Below, one piece after another: positions 27,687-38,600 of a stretch of 64,000 bases of DNA. Below the pieces are notes generated by a model that was not told where the DNA came from, ran no database searches, and worked only from the letters and a program-made list of their open reading frames with translations. A program made the position numbers and the translations under genes. The stretch comes from a virus, in the IMG/VR virus record IMGVR_UViG_3300032323_001800, positions 96,001 to 160,000 of that record; one strand, given 5' to 3'. Each line of letters opens with the position of its first letter. Within the stretch, counting starts at the first letter, position 1.

Positions 27687-30600
27687 ATGAGCCAGCTTGG
27701 TCGTATTAGCGGTCCGCTCTTAAAGGCAAACCTTCTACGCCAAGGTGTGGATTTAGCTTTTGAGACCGACCTACTTTATCTTGATGTTAATAATCTCCGG
27801 GTTGGAATAAAAACAACTTCTCCTACACACGACCTACAAGTTGTCGGCACAACAAGAACCACAGATTTAGAAGTTACTAATCAAACAATAGTAGGTAACA
27901 ATCTTACTATTACCAATAACACAATTTCCACAGCTGCAGGTGATATTACAATTAATACACCTGCAGGATCAACCGTTTATAATTCTAAAATTGTTGTAGA
28001 TGATATTGATATTGAACAAAATATCATATCCACTAATGTTACAAATCAAAATTTAGAAATACGCACCAGCGGCACAGGTCAAGTTGAAATATACGCCAAT
28101 ACCTTAGTTGATGGCAATTTACATGTGACTGGAAATATTACCGCAGACGGTGATATTCAAATCGGTGACGCTAACACTGATTCTGTAACATTTAACGCAG
28201 ACGTTTCTAGTAATTTAATCCCCAATGTTAATGAATTATACAGCCTAGGTAGCAATCCTAGTACCGGTGGCAAACGTTGGAAAGACTTATGGGTTGAAAC
28301 TATCTACAGTGATGCTATAGATACAGGAACTGCCATAATTGACGGCATCGATATCGGATTAAATCAAGGAAATATTATCTATGTTGCTGCTAACGGAGAT
28401 GATCTTTATAGCGGCACACATCAAAACGATCCGTTCGCTACAATAACCAAAGCACTGAGTATAGCAACTTCCGGTGATACCGTGTTTATCTATCCAGGAA
28501 CTTATACAGAAATCTTTCCAATGACTGTTCCTGTGGGTGTTACTGTTAAAGGTGCCGGACTACGATCAGTACTGATTGTTCCTACAGTGGGAACTAACGA
28601 TAACAACGCATTTTTACTCAACGGAGAAACTACTGTTGAGGATGTAACTATAGCAGATTTCTTTTACGACAGCATAAACGATACCGGGTATGCTTTTAGC
28701 TTTGCTAACAACTTTACTGTATCTACTAGAAGTCCCTATGTTAGAAATATTTCTGTACTAACCAAAGGCAGTGTTACCAGTCCTAGCGATCCTTTGGGAT
28801 TTGATCAAGGCGATGCAGGCCGCGGAGCAAAAGCAGATGGTAGTTTAGCCAATGCTTCTAGCAACGAAGCCAGCATGTTGTTTAATTCAGTAACATTTAT
28901 CTGTCCAGCTGCAGATGCCCTAATAGGAACTAACGGTGTTAGAATTGAATGGTTAAATTCATTTACCTATTATGCAAATAAAGGTATGTACCTACTCAGC
29001 GGATCTAGTGGGTTTGCTGGCAACGGTAAAACAAAAATAAAAATATCATCTAGATCCGGAGCATGGGCCATAGGAAACACGATTACCTACTATGACACAG
29101 ACGGAACTACTGTACTAGCATCGGGTGTAATTGAAAGCATCGACGGTGATACGTTTATAATCGACGGAAAACAAGTTGGATTTGAACTGCCACAAGATCG
29201 TGCTGGCAAAACAGCAACAGTATTTGGCAATGCTCAGTTAGATACCGGAATTAAAAAATTCGGAACTGCTAGTCTGCAGTTAGACGGCACAGGAGATTAC
29301 GTTTCTTATGCCAGTCAGCCAGATTTTGAATTTGGTACTGGTGATTTTACAATCGAACTTCAGTATTATCCAAACAACTTTTCAAACTTTAGAGTCTTAT
29401 ATGATCAAAGATCGTCGGCGCCCGATAATGCTGCTTACATCGATGTTACTCCTTCGGGTACTGTAAGATACATTGTTGGAAGTTCTATAATTATTTCAAC
29501 TTCGGTTCTAAGTTTAACAGCATGGAATCATATTGCTGTTTCTAGACAATCCGGAACGACAAGATTGTTTATTAACGGAACTGTACAATCTACAACACTA
29601 AGTGATTCAACAGTCTATGCTCAACGAGGCATATATTTAGGTAGAGATTATCCCGGAAATGCTGCTTATTTTGTAAATGGCTATTTCGATGAAATTCGAA
29701 TTACAAAAGGATCAGCAAGATATACCGGAACATTTGTTCCACCGACTAATGCCTTTACTAGTGATAGTTCGACTGTTCTATTATTGCACTTTAACGGAGC
29801 AGATGGTTCAACTGTAATTACAGACGACGGAATTGGCACACAGGATTTAAGAACATCAGTAGGCGGCACTGCTTCAGCAATAGACTTTGCTGATTATTCT
29901 GAGTTTGGTGCAGAAGTTCGCAGTATTGGATCAGCAGCAGTTTATGGAAACTATGGTATATACGGTGACGGTGACGGAGTAATTGCTTACCTTATAGGTC
30001 AAAATTTAGCCTACATTGGTAATGGTGGTGAATCTACAAACGATCCATCTACAGTTATACAAGCCAATGAGGTTGTAGAATTAAACAGAGCAAAAATTTA
30101 TTATTCGTCAGTGGATCACAACGGTGATTTCCGTGTAGGCGATTTATTTTATGTTAATCAACAAACTGGTGAAGTTCAATTTTCTAATTCTAATATTAGT
30201 TTTAGTGGCGGTATTACATTCGACGACGGTGCTGGAAATGTTACTATAGTTGATAGTAATAAAGTTCAAACAGGAAATATTAGAATTAGTGGAAACACTA
30301 TTGAAAGCTTAACTGGTGATGTTAATGTTCTTTCAGCTAGTGATGAAATTAATTTACAGAATAATGTTAATATTACCGGAGACTTAGATGTCACTGGAAA
30401 TGTAACTATTGGTGGTAACATACAAATTGGCGACGCTAATACAGACTCTGTTAATATTGTTGCTAAAATTGACAGTGATTTAATCCCTAGAGTTACTGAT
30501 ACATACGATCTAGGAACACCTGCACTACGTTGGAAAACAGTTCATACTACTCAAGTTACAACTGATGCTATTGACATCAATGATAACAGAATTAGAACTA

Positions 30601-31895
30601 TAAATTCTAATTCTGATTTGGAATTAGAAGCAGCAGGCACGGGTAGAATCTATGTGCCAAACAATAATGTACAAATTGATCAAAACTTAACTGTTAATAC
30701 AACAACTAATTTACAAAATACTAATATAGTCGGTACTGTAAATCAAACAGGGGCGTATAATCAAACAGGCAATAGAACTCAAACAGGTAATCTAACAGTA
30801 ACTGGAAATATTACTGTTACTGAAGCATTACAATTTGAAGATATTAGAATTTCAGGTAATGTTTTAACAACTACGATCGGTAATAACGATCTAAGATTAG
30901 AAGCAGCCGGAACCGGCAGGATATATGTTCCGAGCGACAATGTACAAATTGATCGAAACTTAACAGTTACTGGTTTGACATCAACTAGTAATATTAACAA
31001 TTCAAGTACTGTTACATCTGCAACATTTAGAACCAGCGATATTAGAATCAACGGAAATAGATTAGAAACTACTTTATCTAACAGCAATTTAGAACTTAGA
31101 GCAAACGGTACTGGTTATATTGTTCTTGAACAATTTGATGTACAAGAAAATGAAATTAGATCGAACAGTAATAACGATATTACACTAACACCTAACGGTA
31201 CCGGTATTGTTTCTATTAATTCTACACAGAGTTTAAAACTTCCTGTGGGTATAACATCAGAAAGACCACTAACACCGCAAGTGGGTATGGTTCGTTTTAA
31301 TTCTGAGTTAAACAGATACGAAGGATTTAGTGCCAGCGGTTGGATTAAACTAGAAGGTGTAGGCGACCAAGATGAAAATACCTACATAACAGCAGAGCTA
31401 ACTCCTGGGGCAAATGACAACACCATTAGATTTTACACTAACGGATCGCTAGTAGCTGATTTAAATTCTACAAGATTAAACACAGTTAGAATTGATGTTG
31501 ATGATATTAGTATAGACGGAAATACTATTTCTACAACCACAACAAATACTAATCTCGTGCTCCAACCTAACGGAACCGGATCTTTGGTAATTGGTAATTT
31601 TGCTATTCGTAGCAATACTATAACTAATACCGTTGTTGATAGTATAACTACGTTTAATCAAATTGGAGACGGTTATTTTAAAATAGCTGGCGCGAACGGA
31701 TTTGTTATTCCTAGTGGAACTGATTTACAAAGACCTGGTTTAGTTGATACTGGATTGATGAGATTTAATACTACAGATAGTCGAGTAGAAGTCTATGATG
31801 GCGTACAATGGGTATCAGCAGCAGGTTCCTCAGGCGGTATCAGCGTAGTTGATGCTGAAGATCTTTCGATTAGAAACGCATTAATATTTGGATAA
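27687..31895 (+). CDS. Large tail-fibre-like protein 2 with LamG/ConA-like domain
   Basis: 1402 aa; paralog of 23620-27549 (LGRISGP...LLRxGVDLxFE); LamG-like insert with GTGDFTIE, WNHIAVSR, GYFDEIRITKG. Confidence 0.75.
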   Translation: MSQLGRISGPLLKANLLRQGVDLAFETDLLYLDVNNLRVGIKTTSPTHDLQVVGTTRTTDLEVTNQTIVGNNLTITNNTISTAAGDITINTPAGSTVYNSKIVVDDIDIEQNIISTNVTNQNLEIRTSGTGQVEIYANTLVDGNLHVTGNITADGDIQIGDANTDSVTFNADVSSNLIPNVNELYSLGSNPSTGGKRWKDLWVETIYSDAIDTGTAIIDGIDIGLNQGNIIYVAANGDDLYSGTHQNDPFATITKALSIATSGDTVFIYPGTYTEIFPMTVPVGVTVKGAGLRSVLIVPTVGTNDNNAFLLNGETTVEDVTIADFFYDSINDTGYAFSFANNFTVSTRSPYVRNISVLTKGSVTSPSDPLGFDQGDAGRGAKADGSLANASSNEASMLFNSVTFICPAADALIGTNGVRIEWLNSFTYYANKGMYLLSGSSGFAGNGKTKIKISSRSGAWAIGNTITYYDTDGTTVLASGVIESIDGDTFIIDGKQVGFELPQDRAGKTATVFGNAQLDTGIKKFGTASLQLDGTGDYVSYASQPDFEFGTGDFTIELQYYPNNFSNFRVLYDQRSSAPDNAAYIDVTPSGTVRYIVGSSIIISTSVLSLTAWNHIAVSRQSGTTRLFINGTVQSTTLSDSTVYAQRGIYLGRDYPGNAAYFVNGYFDEIRITKGSARYTGTFVPPTNAFTSDSSTVLLLHFNGADGSTVITDDGIGTQDLRTSVGGTASAIDFADYSEFGAEVRSIGSAAVYGNYGIYGDGDGVIAYLIGQNLAYIGNGGESTNDPSTVIQANEVVELNRAKIYYSSVDHNGDFRVGDLFYVNQQTGEVQFSNSNISFSGGITFDDGAGNVTIVDSNKVQTGNIRISGNTIESLTGDVNVLSASDEINLQNNVNITGDLDVTGNVTIGGNIQIGDANTDSVNIVAKIDSDLIPRVTDTYDLGTPALRWKTVHTTQVTTDAIDINDNRIRTINSNSDLELEAAGTGRIYVPNNNVQIDQNLTVNTTTNLQNTNIVGTVNQTGAYNQTGNRTQTGNLTVTGNITVTEALQFEDIRISGNVLTTTIGNNDLRLEAAGTGRIYVPSDNVQIDRNLTVTGLTSTSNINNSSTVTSATFRTSDIRINGNRLETTLSNSNLELRANGTGYIVLEQFDVQENEIRSNSNNDITLTPNGTGIVSINSTQSLKLPVGITSERPLTPQVGMVRFNSELNRYEGFSASGWIKLEGVGDQDENTYITAELTPGANDNTIRFYTNGSLVADLNSTRLNTVRIDVDDISIDGNTISTTTTNTNLVLQPNGTGSLVIGNFAIRSNTITNTVVDSITTFNQIGDGYFKIAGANGFVIPSGTDLQRPGLVDTGLMRFNTTDSRVEVYDGVQWVSAAGSSGGISVVDAEDLSIRNALIFG

Positions 31896-31900
31896 AAATT

Positions 31901-32230
31901 ATGGCAACCTTTTTTAGAAACACAGTAGCAAAAGATATCGGCACAACGGCCAGGGAAGTTATTGAAACCGCAGACAATGCCAGAGTAACAGTGATTGGGT
32001 TGAGTCTAGCAAATACCACAGATTTTGTGATATTCGCAGACATAGCCCTACAGAACGATACTAGTACAGAGGCCTATTATGCTAAGGGTATAATCATTCC
32101 TCCGAATTCCACGGCTAGAGTAGTAAATGGCGGAGAAAAATTGATTCTAACCAATTCAAACGTTTTAAAAATCACATCTAGCGCAGACGACTCTCTAGAT
32201 GCTGTGATCAGTTACGTAGAGATCGTTTAA
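31901..32230 (+). CDS. Small beta-sandwich virion protein
   Basis: 109 aa, paralog of 22230-22592. Confidence 0.6.
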   Translation: MATFFRNTVAKDIGTTAREVIETADNARVTVIGLSLANTTDFVIFADIALQNDTSTEAYYAKGIIIPPNSTARVVNGGEKLILTNSNVLKITSSADDSLDAVISYVEIV

Positions 32231-32239
32231 GGAAAAATC

Positions 32240-32608
32240 ATGGCAACACATTATTTTGGAGTAACACCGCAGGATCTTTTAAATTATGGCGTAGGAGCAG
32301 CAAGATATTTCTATGGCCTAAGAAGAGACGAAGAAGGAAATCTATATATAACCAAAGTTGATCAATTTACTGGACAAGATACTGTACAGATAAATTATCC
32401 AGGAGATGGCGATGAAGATTGGACATTTTTTGAAATGGGTGTAGATTTTCACGACGGTAGAGATAAAGATACACATGAACGGCCTTATGACAATTTGATA
32501 TTTGATCAATATCGTTGGGACAGCAGAAGCATATCGTATTTTATCAATGAAAACGGGGAGTTAGTGGCTCGAATTAATCAGCCTTATACCTACCCTACAG
32601 ACGTTTGA
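32240..32608 (+). CDS. Hypothetical structural-operon protein
   Basis: 122-aa ORF with AAGGA SD. Confidence 0.6.
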   Translation: MATHYFGVTPQDLLNYGVGAARYFYGLRRDEEGNLYITKVDQFTGQDTVQINYPGDGDEDWTFFEMGVDFHDGRDKDTHERPYDNLIFDQYRWDSRSISYFINENGELVARINQPYTYPTDV

Positions 32609-32653
32609 TAAATAATAGGTCACTATATTTTACTAGAAAAATAGGATTAAAAA

Positions 32654-35600
32654 ATGGCAGAATTTAAATTAGGTAGATTAAGATTTGTATGGAAAGGTAG
32701 CTGGGTTACTGGTACCACATACGTTAAAGACGACATCGTAAAATACGGTGGTACAACATATGTTTGTGTATCGGGACATAATGCTAACGTCAATTTTGAT
32801 GTTGATTTAACATCATCAAGATGGGAAAAACAAACTGGCGGCCAAGAGTGGAAAACAGCCCCATGGACGATATCTACCATTTACAAAGAAGGTGATTTAG
32901 TAAAATATGGCGGTCGAGTTTATATTTGTACAGATAATCATACAGCAAGCGCAACCGTAGCAGGTGGATTTTATTTAGATGAAACCGCTAATCGTTGGGA
33001 CTTGTTTTCTGATGGTTCAGAATGGGTAGGCAATTGGCAAGTTAGTGAATATTATCGCATTGGCGATATTGTAAAATACAATGGTATTTCTTATATTTGC
33101 GTAGCTCCTCACACATCAGCAGCAACTATTACTTTAGGGTTAGAAGCAGACTACGCCGACGACAGTACTACAAAGTGGGAAAAGTACGTAGAAGGATTTA
33201 AATATCGCGGTGAGTGGAACGGATCTAGTGATCCGCTTTCAAGAACATCAACTAGATATATTGTAAATGACGTTGTTAAATTTGGTGCTAGTCTTTACAT
33301 ATGCGTTGAAGCACATACAAGTAATGCTACTGCGTTTGAAGAACTTAAATGGGATCTATTTGTAGCAGGTTTAGAATATGAAGATACTTGGTCAGCATTG
33401 ACAGAATATCAAACTGGTGATATTGTTTCATATGGTGGTTATGCGTATGTTGCAGTAAGAAGAAATACCTCACAAATCCCCCCAACCGCAACATCTGATT
33501 GGGATTTATTAACCACAGGTTTTAATAATCGAGCAAGATATGTATCTTCTCAAAGTTATAAGGTAGGTGATTTAGTACAGTACGGCGGCAATGTCTTTGT
33601 TGCCTCTGTAGAAATAACATCAAACGAAACCCCATACAGTGCTAATGCTAAGTGGTCAAAAATCATAGACGGTTTTAGATGGAACAATGATTGGGATTCA
33701 GCATTTGCTGAGACAAAATATAAAATTGGTGATGTGGTAAAATATGCGTCATCTACTTATATTTGTATTGACGAACATATACCTGCCGATGAAACTGTAA
33801 TCACAATTACAAACACCACTACTGGCACAAATCATATTACTACTTCTGATAATACTTCTACACTAAATCCAGGTCAGCCAGTAAGCTTTTCTGGCACAGC
33901 ATTTGGCGGTATCAACGCAACAATCGAGTATTATGTTAAAACAGTAGTTAATGGTACAACATTTACTATATCTGAAATTAAAAGCGGTCCAACTAAGGTA
34001 TTGAGTACTGCTTCTGGTTCATTGGCTATGAGTTACAGCAACAGACCAGATACAGACAACGGTGACTTTTGGAATTCGTTGGCAGAAGGTGACGCTAACA
34101 ACGTTCTAACACGTCGAGGAGATTTAGTAACCCGCAATGCTATCCAAAACGTTAAGTTAGCCAAAGGTGCTGAAGGTACTGTATTAAAAGCAGGCGCAAG
34201 AGATTTACAATGGGGCAAAGTTGGCGACTTAACTAGAATTTTTTACGTATCCATTGACGGACAAGATGGTGTCGGCCGAGGAACTACTTGGGATGATCCG
34301 TGGAGAACCGTAAAATATGCCTGCGAATTTGTTCAAGCACAAGGATTTAATACTAGAGATACTCCAGTAACCATTAACATTAAAGCAGGTGTATATCAAG
34401 AAATATTTCCAATTAGTATTCCTAAATACACATCTTTAGTCGGTGACGAATTACGTATGAGTATTATAGAGCCGACAGCAGCAACGTCCGGCAATGACAA
34501 GTTCTACATGAGAGATAGTACCACAGTTCGAAACTTTACGTTCCGCGGAGCAACTGGTGCTAATTTACCAGACGGTACAACAGATACATTTACTGAACCT
34601 AATCAATATCTAACTAGACGCCCAACTGGCGGCCCATGGTGTTCATTAGATCCAGGAACCGGTCCAAACGACGAAAGTGTATGGGTAGGTGAGCGTTCTC
34701 CTTACATTCAGAACGTAACAACCTTTGGTGATTATGCAGTGGGTCAAAAAATTGACGGTGCTCTACACAACGGCGGTAATAAATCGATTACGTCTAACGA
34801 CTTTACACAGGTTATGAGTGACTCTATTGGTGCTTGGTGTACCAATCAAGGTCGAGCAGAATTAGTTTCCGTATTTACATACTATGGTTATATCGGATAC
34901 CTGTGCGAAAACGGCGGTGTTATTCGAGCTACAAACGGTAACTGTTCATATGGTTCGTTTGGTGCTGTATCTGAAGGTGTTGATCCTACAGAAATTTCTA
35001 GAACTGCTACTGTTGATAACCGAAGATTAAATGCTACAGTTGATAGAGTGCAGACTGACGGTAATCAAATTTTATATGTAGAATATTCAAACGCAGGTGA
35101 GGAATATACAACAGCAACATACGGTTTTACAGGAACTGGTATATTTGACTCTGTTACCTCAATACCAGATATTGTTGACGGTGGTGTCTGCGAAGTTCGT
35201 ATCGTTGATGACGGAAATGATTATCTATCTGTTCAGGGCAATGCACAAGCCGGAACTAACATAGATATTAGATTAGCGGCTGCTGATACAACTATTACAA
35301 ACGGATATATTGGCGAACGAATAATTCTAATCGACGGCCAGGGAGTTGGCCAATACGGATATATTACCAGCTTCGACGGTGGTTCTAAATTAGCCACAGT
35401 GGCTAGAGATACATTTGATACCCTAACAATTACTAATACAACATCTAGCACAAACGTAGTTACAGTTGCTGATACAACATCACTTTTTGCCGATATGCCA
35501 TTTACTGTAACAGGTACAGCGTTTGGTGGCCTTGATGTTGGAATACAATATTATGTCAAGGCAGTAGTTAATAGTGCAACATTTACAGTATATACTAACA

Positions 35601-38600
35601 CATCTACCAAAGCAGCTATTACGTTATCAACTAGTTCTGGTCTTTTAACCCTACATCAGTCAGGTTGGGATGTATTCATTAAAGACATTTCAGCATCAAT
35701 TCAAACAATTTCTAAAGCAAATCCTGTCGTAGTTACTACAACAGTTGCTCATGAATTATCGACCGGCATGCTTGTATCGATATCCGGTGTAACTGGTATG
35801 ACAGAAGTTAATGGTAATAGTTACTATATTACTAAAACAGGTCCTACAACATTCGCGTTATATACGAATTTCAGTAGAACTAGTACTCTAGATGGCACCG
35901 GATTTACAACATATGTATCTGGCGGAACAGCCGTGGGCGAACAGGCAATTTGGGAATTTTTAAACACCACAACAAGATACGTAATTGAACCTAGAATTGT
36001 GTTTTCTACTGGTCAGGGAGCAAGTGCTACCGCTGTTCAAACACCAGGTATTAATGAAATAGCTGTTTCAACAGGGGGTGGAGGATTTACAGTTCCACCA
36101 ACAGTTATCATTTCCGGCGACGGAACACCAACAGGCGGCACTGGCGCAACTGCAACTGCGGCAATTTCTGGAGAAATAGAAAGCATAGTTGTGTCTAATG
36201 TTGGATCTGGTTATACATCTGCGCCAACGCTGAGGTTCGTAGGCGGCGGTTTAGCAAATAACAGCACCAATCATGCCGAAGCCACAGTAAGCATTACGAA
36301 TACAATTAAAACTGTTGAGGTTACAGATGGGGGGTTAGGTTATACATCTCCGCCATCTGTATTAGTAACAGGCACCGGCGGCTCTGGAGCAATTCTCTCT
36401 GCACAAATTAGCCAGGTTGTTGGATCCATAAATATTGGTGGTGGCGGCGGTTCAAATTATACTTCTCCTCCTACAGTAACAATTACAGGAGGCGAACCAT
36501 TAATTTTTGCCGAAGCAAGAGCAGTTCTTTCAGCATCAGTAACTACTATTACTATGCAAGAAGGCGGCAGTGGTTATAATCCGAGTACTACATCGGTAAC
36601 ATTGTTTAGTACAGCTGGTTTCGGAGCAGCAGCAGAAGCCATTATTGATAACGGATTATGGGTAGATGGAGTTACACCTGGAATTGTTACAGGAATAAAT
36701 GTTACGGCATCTGGATCAGGGTATTCAGTACCACCGATTGTTATTATCAACGGTGTCGGAAGCGATGCTGCGGCTACTGCTAATATTTCTGGATCTGTAG
36801 CTAGTATCGAAGTTATCAATCCGGGTCGAGGATATCAAAGTGTTCCTAACGTTGCTATTTCAGGCGGTAACGGCGCAGGCGCAACCGGAACAGCATCTTT
36901 AACTGGCGCGGTGTTTAGTCTTACTGTGATCGACGGCGGTCGCGGATGGATAGGAACACCTTCGATTGCGTTCAGTGGTGGCGGTGGTGTAAATGCTGCT
37001 GCTAATGTTACCGCTATGGATAGTGTTCTTGGAACAGTGGTTATTACTGATCCAGGATCTGGATATACTAGCAACCCTGCTGTATCATTAGTAGGCGGTG
37101 GCGGCACTGGCGGAATTTTAAGAACTCGAATCAACGGAATTATTTCAACTATCACAGTAACCGATTCCGGTGGTAGTTACAGTTCTAGTCCTCAAATTAC
37201 ATTTGTTGGAGGAAATAAATTTAAAAGCTCGTTTGCTGGTTTAAGATATTTTGCTAATAGCAGCGGCCGAGTCGCTATTGGAATAACCCAGTCACTACAA
37301 ACATTAGCAGCGATTGAACAAATTCGAATTACTTCTAGAGCGGTAATTGCAAATACTGCCCCTGCAACGGTATATCAAACAGCGGTTGCTAGAGTTACAG
37401 CAGGTGGAGGATTCGTAACGCCAACTGGCATTCAAGCAGCAGTTGATATTTGGGTTCGATCAGTTTATTATACTATCGAAAATGGTGAAAATCACACCGA
37501 CCCTGCAAGCTTGTTGAGACTCAACAGAGAGTTTATTAGAAAAGAATTAATGGAATTTTGGGATGCTAACTACCCAACTATAGCTACATCGGTATGGTCT
37601 AGAGATGTGGGATTAATTGTTGATGCCATTGCTTCTGATATTTCAACTAGAGGAGTAGAAAATTCTTTAAATGCTGCTATTAGTCAGGCATTCCTCGGAA
37701 CTGCCAGAACAAATGGTGGAAATTTAGCAGCCGCTCAGGCAGGTATTGATTATATCATAGAACTAGCAGATGACATTATTCAAAATTCTATAATTCAACC
37801 TAGCGGCTCTACATTATTAACAGTTATTCCAGTAACTGCCACACAAATTACAACCAATCAAATCACTGTCGGTGATACTTCGACATTATCGGAGAATCAA
37901 CCGATATTGTTTTTAGGTACAGTGTTTGGCGGATTAGTTGCTAATACTAGATATTATGTTAAGACCATTGTTAATAGTACTACGATTATAGTTTCATCTA
38001 CAATCGGAGGAAATGCTGTAACATTAACGACTGCTTCCGGTACTTGTTCCCTAAGCCAACAGGTAACTGACGAAGAATTATTATTGTCAGACGGAGCAGA
38101 TGTTGCTGTTGCCAATTGCTTAGGTTTAATTAGATTTATTGTTTCTACTGCAGCCAATGGCGTTGCTAATGCTTCAACATGGACAACTGCTGCTAATCTA
38201 TTATTATCTAACAAAGATTTTATTAGAGCAGAAGTTATTACCTTTATTAACGCAACTTATATAGACTTTGATTATAATCAAGTATTGTGCGCTAGAGATG
38301 TCGGCTTAATAATTGATGCGGTAACATACGATTTAGTTAAAGCTGTTTCTAATATTCCAGTAGTTACATCAACTACTACTGGAGTTATTTCGTCGATTAC
38401 TGTTAATAACGGCGGACTTGGTTATAGTTACGGTATGACAGTAAGCGTAGCAGTTGGTTCTTCAACAGTAAGAGCAACCGCAGTGCCGATTATTGATGAA
38501 ATAACTGGAGCCATTACCTCATTTAGAATGACCAATAAAGGTAAGGGTTATACAACAGTACCTTCTGTGACATTGACCCCAGACACTGGCACTGGAGCAT

